Shown here: piece by piece, positions 13,363 through 27,003 of the stretch
How positions within the stretch are numbered: position 1 is the stretch's first letter
Layout of the letters: each line of letters starts with the position of its first letter
From: Octopus sinensis
Taxonomy: Eukaryota
DNA length: 64,000 bases
Assembly: GCF_006345805.1 (NCBI RefSeq)
Contig: NC_043006.1
Location: 42,160,001-42,224,000 of the forward strand
Direction of reading: 5' to 3'
Made by a program: the position numbers and the translations under genes
The notes under the pieces: model-generated
What the model was told of the DNA's origin: nothing
Seen by the model: only the letters and a program-made list of their open reading frames with translations
The model's database searches: none

Positions 13363-13785
13363 CTCAGGCGTGATTGTTTGTAAGAAACTTACTTTCCAGC
13401 CACATAGTTCCGGTTCTAGTCCCACCTTTGGCAGATGTCTCCTACTATAACCTCAGGCCAACCTGTGAGTGAATATGGCAGAGGGAAATTGAAACAAGCC
13501 CGTCGTATATATGTGTTTGTGTAAATGTGTGCGTATGTGTGTTTGTGTGTGTGTCTCTGTGTGTGTATTTGTGTCTGTGTTTGTCCCCTAACACTGCTTC
13601 ACAACTGGTTTTGGTGGGCTTAGGTCCCCGTAACATTACTGTTTAGGCAAAAGAAGCCGATAGAAAAAGTACCAGGCTTTGAAACAACGTACTGGGAGCC
13701 GATTCATTCTGTTAAACATTTTCAAGGCAGTGCTCCAGCATGGCTGCATTCTAATGACTGAAACAAATAAAAAAATAAAAGATAA
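13363..13785 (+). mobile_element. SINE family A, near full length, with internal (TG)n
   Basis: Head, internal microsatellite and tail aaggcagtgctccagcatggctgc...aatgactgaaacaaataaaa. Confidence 0.8.
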
Positions 13786-14326
13786 ATAGATCTAGAGATA
13801 AAAAAATGAGAAATCTCGCTGCTGTGTCCATCCACAGGTCCAATGGTACCTCACATTTTCTAAAGAAACTATCATAACTACAGATTCATTAGGTTTGCAT
13901 GGAAAACTCTTGATTTCGATTTTGATACTGCAAACCACAAAGACAATATTCGAACAACAAGCCAACTCACAATTTTGGTACAAAAAAGCACGCCAAACAA
14001 TTACAGTACTGCAAACAATCAGATAACCATTATACGATATGTTAACAAACTACTCAACAATCCAAAGTTTAATTTTTTTTTTTTTTTCTACTGTCCAGCT
14101 TCTTGGTAAAATAGACCAAGAAGTATATAACGCTTTATAGAGAAACTGAGGGCAGTTTTAACAGTATTAAAGACTACTGGACAAACAATGCACTTATAGT
14201 GTTATTTATTCACCAAAAGTCATTGTATACATAGATTAGCGTTGGTACCTTGACCCGTGGGGATCCTAGTGCCTGATACCAGTGATCTTAGTTATCACAA
14301 CACTTTTATAGTTACAAGAACACTTC

Positions 14327-14548
14327 TACGAGTGGTACTGAGAAGTTCCTGATTTGGGGTAAAAGAAAATACAGGAGGATTAGTCAATTATGATTTTATT
14401 CAACATATTCCCCCTCTCAGATTCACACACTTATTGCAGCAGTCCTTCAGTTTTTCTAAGCCCTGTAAAAAAAGATCAGTAGGCTGTGCCTCCAGCTAGG
14501 CCTTTCATGATACCCTTAAACCCAGGAACTTTTCGGCATCCCCTCGTA
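14327..14548. mobile_element. Mariner-type MITE
   Basis: TA-CGAGtggtactgagaagttcctg ... ccaggaacttttcggcatcccCTCG-TA: imperfect TIRs with TA duplication. A second copy lies at 22530-22738. Confidence 0.75.
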
Positions 14549-14889
14549 CAGATACAACTGTCCTTTTACAGATACATCTATTTCTTTAGAGATACAACAG
14601 TACCTCTACAGATACAACAAACGTATAATATTGTTGCTACCTGATTTTTCCTCAGGCTATGACCGTTAATACAAGGGAGGTATGCGTCCTCCCACATTGA
14701 GAGGCGGGATTAGAATTTTAAAATTGAAATTAAGGAATTATAAAGAAGAAAATGCATAGAGTTCACGTATTTAATGTTTCCATCAATTACGACGTCTTTC
14801 TAACATCTAGTTGGTGTCAATCATGTATAGCACTATTTTATTCGTTTAAGAAATCTTCACTTGTGACTTATTAATTAGGCCTGGTTCTC

Positions 14890-15089
14890 TGTTGGTTACG
14901 ACGACGAGCATTACAAATGACTCGATCAATCGAAGTAATTGCTCGTGAAGTTAACGTCCAAAAGGCATAGTACTCTATAGACACCTGTACCCTTAATGTA
15001 GTTCTTAAGAAAATTCAGAGTTCACGGAATGGGACAAAAACGGCCCTTTAAATTACATATACAACTCATTTTTGCAAACTGAGTGGACT
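14890..15089 (-). mobile_element. SINE family C, partial
   Basis: Matches 23072-23390 (ggttacgacgacgag...gtacccttaa...aactcatttttgc). Confidence 0.7.
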
Positions 15090-17334
15090 TTACTTGTTAA
15101 TTAGATATATTATGAAGAGAAACATTTCATTAAATTGAAAGCTGAAATTAATTGCAATATGGAGGAAATCTCCGTGAACTGTTTGTTGTTGTTTTATTTA
15201 TTCATAAAAGAAATATTATAAGCGTTGCCATGAAAGTAAAGACGATCACAGCTACACATTTACATCACTACAGTTACATCACTTATACGCTTTATGACCA
15301 TGTAAACGGAATTAAAGTGACGCAGTGCCTTTTCCCGGGATTAACGCAATATTAATTCTTAGTTGTAAATTCATGATATTCCTGACACTTTACCGCCATT
15401 GCCTTGCCATATAGAATAAATATTAGTTTTTCATTTCGTTTGTTTAACTATATAATTTAAAGTTTTTGCTCGACACTAACATATACTGGTGATACTATGC
15501 AGGAAGTAGCTGGAGGATGTCCCGCAAGGAAACACAACGATATATAATATTTTATACGTTTTAATTCTTTATTCTTTTTGGTTCTCTCTACCTCATTTTC
15601 TCTCCTTCCTTTCCTTTCTCGAATGTGTTTACAAAGTTTTCTCGGTCAATTATATTTCCAACATCGCCAGCTAATTTGTTTATTTCCTTTCAGCATCTCT
15701 CTAGCAGTTCAATGTTTATATTTCTGTCTGAGAGTCAGTAGTTTGATTATCAAAGGATTATAGTTTGTTTCATGTATTTTCGCTACTCCCCTTTTTAGCT
15801 TTTTCCTTTCCCAAACAAAAAAAAAAGGGGAGAAATTAAAACAAAAGTATCTTTGTTTTACTTTTATCGTATTTTGTTACGTTAATTTTTAATAATTAAT
15901 ACCAGGAGAAGTTAAGTCCAGTTCTGGGGTGTGGGTGTTTGTTTGCATGTGTAGATGTGTATTTATATTTATATTTCTTTTATTTACATGTATTTTTGTT
16001 GATTCATTGTTAATGTATTTGCTTTATTTTTAATCAGATTTAAAGTCAATAAAAATAAAGACCAAAGAAATACAACGGTTTGTTTTTCCATTGTTGCTCA
16101 AGTTGATTAATTTTGCTGATACACACGAAAATAATGTATATACGCAGATAAATACGCGATCGGGAAAGGTTTAGAGTGAGGAAGAGAAGCATAGTTTCAT
16201 GGGGAGAATGGAAAATATTATGAACTGAAATAATTCAGTTTTCTCTATATTCAAAGCCAAATTTCCATAGTTTGTGACTATACACAATACATCGGCACTT
16301 GTGAATTACAGGTACATATTTTATCCGATCCAATGAAATGGAGTGCTAGGTCGTCGTCGCCCAGTACTATTTAAATTCTGTCTGTCTATGTCGAAACTAA
16401 ATACTTACAACTACAGTATCACTCACATTCTGACATAACCTGGCAGTATGTACCGTGGTTTCACTTATTGTTTTAGGCGCCTGGGTAGGCGTGAGCAGAC
16501 GTAGTCACACTCTCGACCCTCATACTTCTGACTCAGTGGAACATGCTGTGACAGATGGAAGGTGAGAGCGATGCACCAGCAGTAGGCCAGTACACATTTT
16601 TAGCTTTACTCAGCTATATAATCCATTGCCCAGTTCAGGTATCGATCTTACAATTTTACGATCGTTAGTCCGACACTAACCAATAAGCTATGCACCTTCA
16701 CAACAGCGCCAATAAAAACTGTACGCTAGCTATTATGACAAAGGTCATGGATAAAAACATAAACACAATTAAAAGCTTCACGTAATCCATAAGCTAGATA
16801 TCTGGGCAAGCTTACGTTATTTTTGTATATAGTTATATATAGTGAGAGGAGTACGAGCAATATTTGTTTTTTAGGCCGTCAAGACACTTAAGATCGATAG
16901 GGTTGAAGTTCAACTGTATGTAGATGTATACCGATAAAAAATATATTGAAATTGTGTTTAGTATGGAATCAAGAGGGGAAGCACACAGGAGTGGAAAATA
17001 AGTGTGCAGTACGAATGGATGTAACTAAGGATATGTAATCATCAAGTTCTGCTGAACAGAGACCGTTGTAGGAGCAGCAGAAGGTGTATTGCGAAGAAAA
17101 GAACGTGTGTGTGCGTAGAGAGAGAGAGAGAGAAAGAGTTTTAGTGATTGAATCTTTACTAAACTTCAGAAGGGTTTTCTCTGAAATCCAACACTACAGC
17201 TAATACTACAGTTTGCTCTAGTATTAGCTGCTCTGTCCCAGATATATAAAAAGTAAAACGCTTCGATATTTTTTCTGGCATTCATTATACTGCCACACAA
17301 TAGCTAACAGTCATAGTTAGCATCAATAATAATC

Positions 17335-17540
17335 TTTTCTACTCTAGGCACAAGGCCCGAGATTTTGGGAGAAAAGATGGTCGAGTTCATCAACTACAGA
17401 GCTTGGCTGGAATGCATTTTATCGATCCTAAAATAAAAAGCTAATTACGGCAGAATTTGAACTCAGAACGTTAGGTAAAGAACTAGAACGAATTCCCGTA
17501 AACACTGTTTCCGAGGCGCCAACAATTCGGCTTCAGCACG
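17335..17540 (-). mobile_element. Decayed SINE B
   Basis: Tail ctctaggcacaaggcccga and body gaatttgaactcagaacgt. Confidence 0.65.
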
Positions 17541-17725
17541 CTAATAATACCGCTAGAGGATAATGATTTTTTAGTTATTAGCCACAAGGGTTGGATGAAA
17601 TACAATAAAATAGAGTGCTCGTTAAAGACAATAGGCGCAAGACTAGAAAATAAACTTGTGTTTGAGGGTTAGGCCATCATACATTAACCGCATTACACAT
17701 TTTTTTAAAGTAGGAAATTAATATA

Positions 17726-18071
17726 AACAAGAGCACCGAGAGAGCGCAAACCTCCGCCAAGGCAACACCAACGTCATCTCAACGATTAGCCAGAGATGAT
17801 TCCTAAAATAAGAAATACCTGAAATAAGCTCGATTGATCCTGCAAACGAGATGACTAAAAATGAACCGGACCGCTCTCAAAAATTAAGTAAAAAAAACGG
17901 AAAATAATCCGGAATCCTTGACCTGTACCGGATTGATCCCAAAATCTAATCCGTTCGTGCCAGTCACGAGGCCAAATATCCTTGAAAGTTTCATCCGAAT
18001 CCATCCAGCGGTTCTTGAGATATCTTGTCCACAGACAAACAAACAAACACAACTGAAAACAATACCTCCGC
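17726..18071. mobile_element. Non-autonomous Helentron/DINE-like interspersed element
   Basis: Starts aacaagag; cctccgcc motif near both ends; gtttcatccgaatccatccagcggttcttgagatatc followed by (CAAA)n and gaaaacaatacctcc. Layout recalled from HINE/DINE-1-type elements. Confidence 0.5.
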
Positions 18072-18884
18072 TAATAATTATAAACAACAAAACAAAATTT
18101 AATGATAATACAAATAAAAACCATTTAGAGTTACCCACCACATATAGATGGAACTCCACTGTTTAGGCTGGGTCAGACAACCCCTCGGCTCTATACTTCC
18201 ACCAATCTTTTGGGGTGGGGTTGCAACCAAAAACATCCCATAGTATATTTTGTGATGGCCGTGTTATTAAAATCCCAATGTCCTCAAGCACACGTTCTTT
18301 TAAATGCTCACGGAATGATTGTGAGACCTCATAAGTCTGGTACATGTCTGTATATTACTTCTTTTGGTAATTTGTTTTCCTAAATTAATTTCGTATCGTG
18401 TATATAACATCCCTGGAGATATAACAAGGCCATCAACTGTAGACTACTGTTCAGTACAAATGTATAGCACGGTTCGATCTGTGGGTGGGAGAAACTATTT
18501 TCCTATTTATTTCGCCCTTCACGCACTCTCTTCCGATAGTTTGGCAATCTTGTTCAGCTTCCAGCTCCTCCTCTCGTCACAAATTGATGGTGTGATGCTG
18601 CTAGTTACTACAGTCGGAAGACAGGGTCATACTTTTTTGTTCCCAAGATCGGTTACGAAGTGTGTCCTCTGCCATGTGATGAACTGTGATTGATGATTCC
18701 CTGGAAACTGAATCCAGTTTACTTGCTACTTCAGCTATTCTCCACTACTTTATTTCTACTCCTATTCCATAGCCTTCTCAGTTTTTCAAGAAAAAGGCCC
18801 TTAACTGTTTTTACGACACGCGTAACAACCAAGTACTTTGCCTTCTACCATCATTCTCATATTGCCTCTAAATGTTGGTACAAG

Positions 18885-19080
18885 GCCATCAGTTTTAGGT
18901 GTAAAGATTAGTTGTTTACATCGACTTCAGTCCTCAACTGGTTCTTATTTTATCAACCTTGAAAGAATGAAAAACAAATTTGACCTCAGCAGCATTTGAA
19001 CTCAGAACTTAAAGAGCCGGAAGAAATACCGGTAGGTATTTTATCCAACGCGCTAACAATTCTGCCAACTCGCCGCTTTT
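18885..19080 (-). mobile_element. SINE B
   Basis: tttgacctcagcagcatttgaactcagaac...tctgccaactcgccgc. Confidence 0.75.
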
Positions 19081-19471
19081 CTCACTAATATTATCAATGT
19101 AGTATTTTTGGAGTCAGCTATTGCTTTATACAACGACCACATACGATAAAATTTAAATGACTTAGAGCCGTAGGACTTGAATGAAATATATATATACGTA
19201 TTCGTTGGTACCTGAATATATTTTCTTATGAAAATGTTTATTTATATCTTAAGAAATATATTACAAAATTTATTCATGTATGTATGTTTTAAATAACTAA
19301 TTCGTGTTACTTTCCGTAATCACGAATACATACACGTTTGTTGGTACTTACATATTTTGTTATGAAAAAAGTTTATATAAATATTAAGAAATGTGCTATA
19401 AAATTTATCCATATGTTTAGGCTTAAAACTACCAATTCGTGTTAGTTTAAGTAATCACAAGTCACACACAC

Positions 19472-19521
<50 letters not shown>

Positions 19522-20102
19522 TATATAATATATATATATAAACACACACAAAGCAAGTTTTCAAAATCTTGACTAATATTTGTTTCAACTATATTAAGCG
19601 GTTTTTAATGCGGTAATGAACAACGGGAACATCTAAGAAAAATATGCGAATTTGCATTTAAGTAACATAAAATTAGACTACCGAAAATAAATCTGAAATG
19701 TGAAGAAACTGTAGTATTTTTAATGCAATATATTTTTGCCTTGTCAAAATATGGAGCAATGGAGTAAAAATAAAGACCAATAAATTCGTGAGACTTTAAT
19801 GAGATGCCAGCTTACAGAATTATAATCTTCTCATAATATTTTATGACATACAAGCACAGTTACAATTATCACGTTATTGGAGCCATTTTTACAGCTAGTA
19901 AAAGTATTGTGGGTTCTGGTTTGTTTCTTGCTTATTGAAAAGCCGGGCGATGCTGTAGAGTTGTAGAGCCTGTATGACATAGAGTAATCATGTGTTTATC
20001 TTATTTATAAGGATTGAATGACATTCGAATCCTCAAATTTTATTATGAGTACAATGATAAAGGTGGGGAGCTAGCAAAATCGTTAGCCCGTCAGAAAAAA
20101 AA

Positions 20103-20262
20103 TACAGGAGGGGTTGTGTGATAAGAAGCTTGGTTCTCAATCACATGGTTCCGGGTTCAGCCCCACCGGGCAAATGTCTTACTATAGCCTCGGGCCGACC
20201 AAAGTCTTGTGAGCGGATTTGGTAGACAGACACTGAAAGAAGCCCGTCGTATATACATATAT

Positions 20263-20315
<53 letters not shown>

Positions 20316-20444
20316 AGGGCATTACTATAATGCCCTTAATATAAATAAATATATTTAAGAGCAATAATTGATGGATTTTTCCCTTATGAGGTTTTTCACG
20401 CTAACTACTTGATAAATTCTTATAAAGATTTTCTCCTATTTTTC

Positions 20445-20483
<39 letters not shown>

Positions 20484-20487
20484 TTAT

Positions 20488-20531
<44 letters not shown>

Positions 20532-20772
20532 TTATATTTATATTTATATAATATATATATATATATATGCATCTGTCTGTCTCTATTTATCCCCTACCAT
20601 CGCTTGACAACCGATGTTGGTGTGTTTACGTCCCCGTCGCTTAGCGGTTCAGCAAAATCTACCGATAGAATAAATACTAGGCTTACAAAGAATAAGTCCA
20701 GGGGTCGATTTGTTCGACTAAATGTGGTGCTCCAGCATGGCCTCAGTCAAATGACTGAAACAAGTAAACGAA
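20103..20772 (+). mobile_element. SINE family A with expanded internal (TA)n carrying a nested insert
   Basis: Head 20103-20250; tail about 20570-20772. Confidence 0.75.
20314..20447. mobile_element. Remnant related to the 4.7-5.7 kb hammerhead element
   Basis: ttatgaggtttttcacgcta...gataa and aagggcatta(cta)taatgccctt match monomer segments; flanked by (TA)n. Confidence 0.6.
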
Positions 20773-20808
20773 TACATATATATACATATATGTATATGTG
20801 TGTATATA

Positions 20809-20857
<49 letters not shown>

Positions 20858-21020
20858 CATGTATGCATATTTGTATGCATGTATAGTCAGTAACTTTTTG
20901 TTTAACAAAAACTTTATTACCGTCATCTATACTTATTGTAATGCATGTATATATGTACGTATGTACATGTATGCATATTTGTATGTATGTATGTATGTAT
21001 GTATATGTGTGTGTGTGTGT

Positions 21021-21057
<37 letters not shown>

Positions 21058-21344
21058 ATGAAAGTAGATAAGTTTATAGATATCTACATGTGTGTCTACG
21101 TACATACGTAAGATATGTATTCTCTGCAACTCAAAATAATTTCCTTTTAAACAAGCATCATTCCAAGTGTTAGTTATACATTTCGCCCTTCCAGTTCTAT
21201 ACATCGGTTCTATACGTTGGAAAACAAGGCAATTAGCCAAGTTTTTTCTATCGACAATAGAAGTATGAAACTAAGGCAAGACCACGCAAAATAAGATAAA
21301 AGTTCATTCTGATATTCAATCAAATTACAAACGCCACCATAAAC

Positions 21345-21352
21345 ACAACAAT

Positions 21353-21386
<34 letters not shown>

Positions 21387-21742
21387 AAATAATAACCAGG
21401 ACAACACAATCAACTGCAACCTAAATAACATTACTACAGTAATAATAATAATAATAATAATGATGATGATGATAATAAAACATTCTATTAAAGTGAATAT
21501 TTTGATGATGCTGTAATTATTATTATTATTATTATTATTATTATCATCATCATCATCATCATATTATTATTATTATTATTATTATTACTATTATTATTTA
21601 AGTTTATTATTATTATTACATTATTTTTATCATTTTTATTATTATATTATTATTATTATTATTATCATCATCATTATCATATTCTTGTTGTTGTTGTTAT
21701 TATTATTATTATTATTATCATCATTATTATTATTATTTTTAA

Positions 21743-21805
<63 letters not shown>

Positions 21806-21813
21806 TATTATTA

Positions 21814-21850
<37 letters not shown>

Positions 21851-21860
21851 CATCATCATT
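21345..21860. repeat. (CAA)n/(TAA)n/(ATT)n/(ATC)n trinucleotide block
   Basis: Seen directly. Confidence 0.95.
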
Positions 21861-22410
21861 ATTGAAATTATTGTTTGTTTATTAATTTATTTATTCATGT
21901 CATGCAAAGATTGGGAAATAAATCTTAAACTCTGGGCAGAGCGTGAAATTTGAAATGAATCAGGTTCATAATTACCGGGGTAAAAGAAGTGAGATGGGGT
22001 GGAATTGGTAAAGTGGAATGGTGTCTGGTGGTATGTGAAGAAGGCTAAAAGCGTGGAGCAGACTTTTATGGTAGGAAAGTGGTAGTATGGCTAGCGAGAC
22101 TTATTTCCTAAACACCCCAGACTACAGCAGAATGGGCCACTTAGGCATCGATACATTATTAATGAATTAGTTGGGTACTAGAGGTGGTGGTGGTGGTGGT
22201 CTTCGTCGTTGTGGGAGTAGTGGTGGGGAAATGGTAGCGTTTTTTTATTATTATTATTATTTTGCTTTTTTGTTATTTTATTACTTGTATATGTATGGAC
22301 ATGTTGCTGTTGTTGATGTAGAAGCAATCCGAATCGTGGTTGCTGTTGCCTGTGCACACCGCTATTGTAGCTGCTATTTGTTACAGTGTTAATGTTCTTG
22401 CTGGTGGCGG

Positions 22411-22442
<32 letters not shown>

Positions 22443-22529
22443 GTGCCGGTGCTGGTGCTGGTGGTGCTGGTGGTGCTAGTGTTGGTGCTGGTGCTGGTGG
22501 GTAATAATAGTTATTTTTGCATTTTGCGA

Positions 22530-22738
22530 TGGGCTGCTGGCTTTCGTTAAAAGAAAACACAGAAGCATCACTTAATTATGAATTTATTCAACATATTCCC
22601 CTCTCAGATTCCCATACTTATGACAGCGGTCCCTCAGTTCTTCTAAGCCCAGTAAAAGAACTCGGATGGTTGGGACCCCAACCAGGACTTTGGTGATACC
22701 CTTAAAGCCAGGAACTTTTCAACACCCCCTGAGATGTA
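22530..22738. mobile_element. Second copy of the mariner-type MITE at 14327
   Basis: Shared tttattcaacatattcccctctcagattc...gatacccttaaagccaggaactttt. Confidence 0.65.
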
Positions 22739-22844
22739 TATATTGTTGTAAATGCCACTACTGAGGTAGCACTAGTGCTAGCGCCGGTACTGGAGCTGGT
22801 GGAAATTGATATGTTAAGTTGCGAGTTGTGGAGATATCCATCTA

Positions 22845-22999
22845 GGCGTAGGTGTGGCTGTGTGGTAAGAAGTTTGATTCTCACCCACATTGTTCTGGGT
22901 TTGGTCCCACTGTGTGGCACCTTGGGCAAGTGTTTTCTACTACAGCCTCGGGCCGACCATAGCCTTGAGTAGATTTGGTTGGTGGAAACTGAAAGAATC

Positions 23000-23005
<6 letters not shown>
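22845..23005 (+). mobile_element. SINE family A head
   Basis: ggtgtggctgtgtggtaagaag...ggcaccttgggcaagtg...gaaactgaaagaatcc. Confidence 0.75.
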
Positions 23006-23048
<43 letters not shown>

Positions 23049-23071
23049 AGAGAGAGAGATTCTAAAAAGAC

Positions 23072-23390
23072 TCCGCCGGTTACGACGACGAGGGTCCCAG
23101 CTGATACGATCAACGGAACAGCTTGCTCGTGAAATTAACGTGCAAATAGCTGAGCATTCCACAGACACGTGTACCCTTAACGTAGTTCTCGGGGATAATC
23201 AGCGTGACACAGAGAGTGACAAGGCTGACCCTTTAAAATACAAGTACAACTCATTTTTGCCAGCTGAGTGGACTGGAGCAACGTGAAATAAAGTGTCTTG
23301 CTCAAGGACACAACGCGTCGCCGGGAATCGAACTCACAACCTTACGATCATGAGCCGAATACCCTAACCACTAAGCCACGCGCCCTCACA
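23072..23390 (-). mobile_element. SINE family C (tRNA head plus V/CORE-like domain), near full length
   Basis: Minus strand: gggcgcgtggcttagtggttagggtattcgg...gagttcgattccc...gttgtgtccttgagcaagacac. Confidence 0.85.
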
Positions 23391-24069
23391 GAGAGAGAGA
23401 TATACACAGTTCGATGGATAAATTGTCGCCATTTTATATTTTTTATTTCGCGCAATAGAAGTGATGATGATGATGAAAACGATGGTGATAATGATGTTGA
23501 CGACGACGATGATGATGATGATTGTAAGGGTTTATTATTAGCTGTTGATGTTTTATTTTAATTTGAATTTTCCACAAAGGAAAATAAAAAAAAATAATAA
23601 CTTTTATACGAGTTTTGTTTATATTTATATTTATACATCATCTTTGTTTTCACTTCTTTTTTTTTCTTCTTTTTCTTTTTCCATATATTTTCGCTTATCG
23701 ATTTTTGTTTGTTTTGTTTTGTTTTGTTTTGTTTTTTGTTTTTTTTTTCACTGGTTATCTATCGCTGAAACTTTTTATATATAATCGAACTCTTTCATCA
23801 TTTCTACTTCACTTTCTGTGTCTTCCTCATCTTTTCCTCTTTCCTTCCCCCCTAACCACCATCCCTATCTCCTTCTTATTCTTCCTCATCTTCATCTTTT
23901 TTATTATTTCACTCTTAATCTTGTTCTTTAATTCTTGTTTTTTTTTATTCTTTTTTTTCTTTTGCTTCTATCCTTAATTGACCGCTGGAGGTGTTTTTGG
24001 TGAGGGGGTAAGGTGACAGCGTGGGGGAGTAGAGTAATAGGGCCGTATTTATTATGATAATGAGGTACG

Positions 24070-24600
24070 GGTGGAGGTAGAGGTGGTTGTTGGTGTAGTA
24101 GTAGTAGTAGTAGTAGTAGTATTGATGGTGGTGGTAGTGGTGGTGGTGGTAGTGGTTGCTGTGGCGGTGGCAGTGGTTGTGGAGGTGAAGTGATAGTTGT
24201 GGTGCTAGTTGCTGGAGTAGATGTAGTCATGGTGGTTGCTGCGGCAGTGGTTAGTGTGGTGGTAGTTGTGGTAGTTTTAGTGGTGATGGTGGTCGTGGTT
24301 GTAGTGGTGGTGGTGTGGTGGTGGTGGTGGTGGTGGTGGTGGTGGTGGTGGTGGTGGTGGTGGTGGTGGTGGTGGTGGTGGTGGTGGTGATGATTGATGA
24401 GCTAGTGATAGTGGTGATGGTTTCTGTGGCAGTGGTAGTGGTGGTCATCGTTGTTGTCCTCGTAGTGATGGTGGTGGTGGTGGTGGTGGTGGTGGTTGTG
24501 GTGGTACTGCTTCTGCTGAATGTGTGGATTTGGTGGTCATGATCTGTGGTGCTGATAATTGTAGTAGTGGTGGTGGGGCGGGGGGAAGTTCTTTGAAGGC
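24070..24600. repeat. (GGT)n/(GTA)n trinucleotide block
   Basis: Seen directly; explains the poly-V/W/T/P ORFs. Confidence 0.9.
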
Positions 24601-24864
24601 GATAATGCTGGCGTGATTGAATGGTGGGGAGTGAGAGATGAGACTGTGAGGACCACGATGTGACTGTTGATTGTTTTCTTACGATGTCTGTAATGCAATT
24701 ATAGTGGTGTAATCGTGATTGTGTCTGTGATATTTGCATTTGTTAGCGGCCGAAAAGGTGTTCATTTATCAAATGTAGATGAAATGAAATGAAATAACAT
24801 TTTATCATCGATCATGTGAACCAGAAAATATTCTTAGTGATAAGGGAGTTTGACGACATCTACA

Positions 24865-25146
24865 ATATATATATATATGTGTGTGTGTGTGTATGTATAT
24901 ATATATATATATTATATATATATATATATAATATATATATATATTATATATATATATATATATATACATATATATACATATGTATATATATATATGTATA
25001 TATATATATACATATATATGTATATGTGTATATATATGTATATATATATGCATATATATATATGTATATGCATATATATATGTATATATATATATATATG
25101 TATATGTACATATATATATGTATATATATATACATATATATATATA
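24865..25146. repeat. (TA)n/(TG)n tract
   Basis: Seen directly. Confidence 0.95.
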
Positions 25147-25319
25147 CCGGGGGGGGAAGTATTATTAACTGATTTGAAGGTCGCTTAGGTGAAGCAAAAT
25201 GTCTATGTGAAGAGAATGGTAGGAAAAGGAGAGACGCTAAGGCAGGAGGAAATACTTACCACCACTAATCAATTATATGAAAGATACGCCTACGTAATAA
25301 TACGAAGACTATTGAGACG

Positions 25320-25720
25320 ATACTAACCGAACGCATGGGGTAATTAAGATTAATGGAAACTAATAGCAGCCGTGGAAATTCTGCGATAAGTTTGAAAATT
25401 CTAAGATTGCAGGAAGTTTATAGCGAATCGTGAAATACATACTTTGCTTAGTAATCGTATTTAGTATATTCTTGAGATGGTGTAAAGATCTCAAAGGTGA
25501 TGCTGAATGTCCAATCTTAGAAGAAAACATCTTTGAAAACTATATTCTTTGTTATGCATTTGTCACCTGTTTTGCCTTGAGAATCATTATTCAGTATTTT
25601 TATCTTTTCGTCGATGTCTACTGCAGTCTAAAAGATTGCGTGTATATGAACCAGTGTGTTCATAAAGACATACTGGTTCACGTCGCTTCACAATTTCAAT
25701 GGGAATATTTATTTAAAATA
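25320..25720 (-). mobile_element. Probable decayed Helitron 3' end
   Basis: Minus-strand frames give IPIEIVKRREPVCL (compare PIF1 helicase xRRQFPVRL) and GKTGDKCITKNIVFKDVFF* (compare Helitron C-terminal TKNIVYKEV*), ending near a degenerate cccc...gcg/ttagt terminus. Confidence 0.4.
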
Positions 25721-25912
25721 TTCTGAAGAAATAATGTATATGTGCGCAGGAGTAGCTGTGGGGTAAGAAGTTTGCTTCCCAGCCACATGGTTCCGGATTC
25801 AGTCAGACTGCGTGGCACCTTGGGTATGTGTCTTCTACTATAGCCTCAGGTCGACCAAAGCTTTGTGAGTGGATTTGGTTGAAGGAAACTGAAAGAAGCC
25901 TGTCGTATGTAA

Positions 25913-25950
<38 letters not shown>

Positions 25951-25957
<7 letters not shown>

Positions 25958-26195
25958 AAATTAGAGTATCTGAGAGATACCACCACGCAGAAAATAGCAG
26001 TCAAAACCTGACCCTAAAGCCACATTAAATGTTCATATAGCACTAGAAGAGTAGACCGAGAGACAAAATAAACTAGCAAAAAAACATTTTACTGGATAAT
26101 TTTAAATAATTACTACCTTTCTTAGGTTTTTATTCTCATGCTGTCCACTTGATAAGATCAATATTTAAATATCGATCTTATCCTTATTTATAAAT

Positions 26196-26198
<3 letters not shown>
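25951..26198. mobile_element. Penelope-like terminal remnant in (TA)n
   Basis: aggtttttattctcatgctgtccacttgataag resembles the monomer end at 5261-5290; palindrome gataagatc...gatcttatc abuts the (TA)n. Confidence 0.45.
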
Positions 26199-26232
<34 letters not shown>

Positions 26233-26236
<4 letters not shown>

Positions 26237-26761
26237 GCTGAGGAGAAGTTCGTGCATCGTGTTAAAATAATGCTTTTTTATATATTTTTGTGGTGTGTGT
26301 TTTCATTCGGCTCATGTCATGTTTAATTGTGACTCACTGTGTGTGTATACCCAAGATTTGTTCGTCGAAAACGCGCTTTGTTTCAACAAGACAATGCAAA
26401 GCCGCATACTGCCCGAAAGACCAGCAACAAGATTGAAGAATTGGACGGTGTGGAAGTTGAGCCGCATCCAGCTTATAGTCCAGACGTTGCTCAATCTGAC
26501 TACGGTCTCTTTCGATCAATGTAGCACTTTATAAAAGGTCGCTGATTTGAGTCATTCGATGAAGTTGAAGAAGCCAGTCAAAAATTTTTCACTTCAAAGC
26601 CGAAGGATTGTTGCTTTGACCAAATCCGAAATCTTGCATATCAATGGCAGAAGGTCGTAAAAATGAAGATCTTTATTTTGAAGAATAGTTGTTGTTTTTG
26701 AATAAATTCTTGCATAAAAATCATTATTTTAACACGGCGCATGAACTTTTTCCTCAACCTA

Positions 26762-26762
<1 letters not shown>
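26233..26762 (+). mobile_element. Internally deleted mariner (DD34D) with both TIRs
   Basis: TIRs taggctgaggagaagttcgtgcatcgtgttaaaataatg / cattattttaacacggcgcatgaactttttcctcaaccta. Residual LFQQDNAKPHTAR...HPAYSPDVAQSDYGLF. Confidence 0.9.
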
Positions 26763-26811
<49 letters not shown>

Positions 26812-27003
26812 TATGTATCTATTTGTATGTCTGTGTTTGTCCCCTCACCACCAAAACTTAGCTGTTCGGCAAATGAGACTGATATCATAATTACTGGGCT
26901 TACAAAGAATAAGTCCTGGGATCGATTTGTTCGACTAAAGGCGGTGCTCCTGATTGGCCGCAGTCAAATGATTGAAACAAGTAAAAGAATGAAAGAATAA
27001 AAG

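Noticed and set aside
25253-25262. ATACTTACC as the 5' end of U1 snRNA
   Set aside because: The match stops after 9 nt; no U1 stem-loops follow.
25430-25726. 98-aa ORF with a signal-peptide-like start
   Set aside because: Starts at GTG and is the antisense of the probable Helitron remnant.
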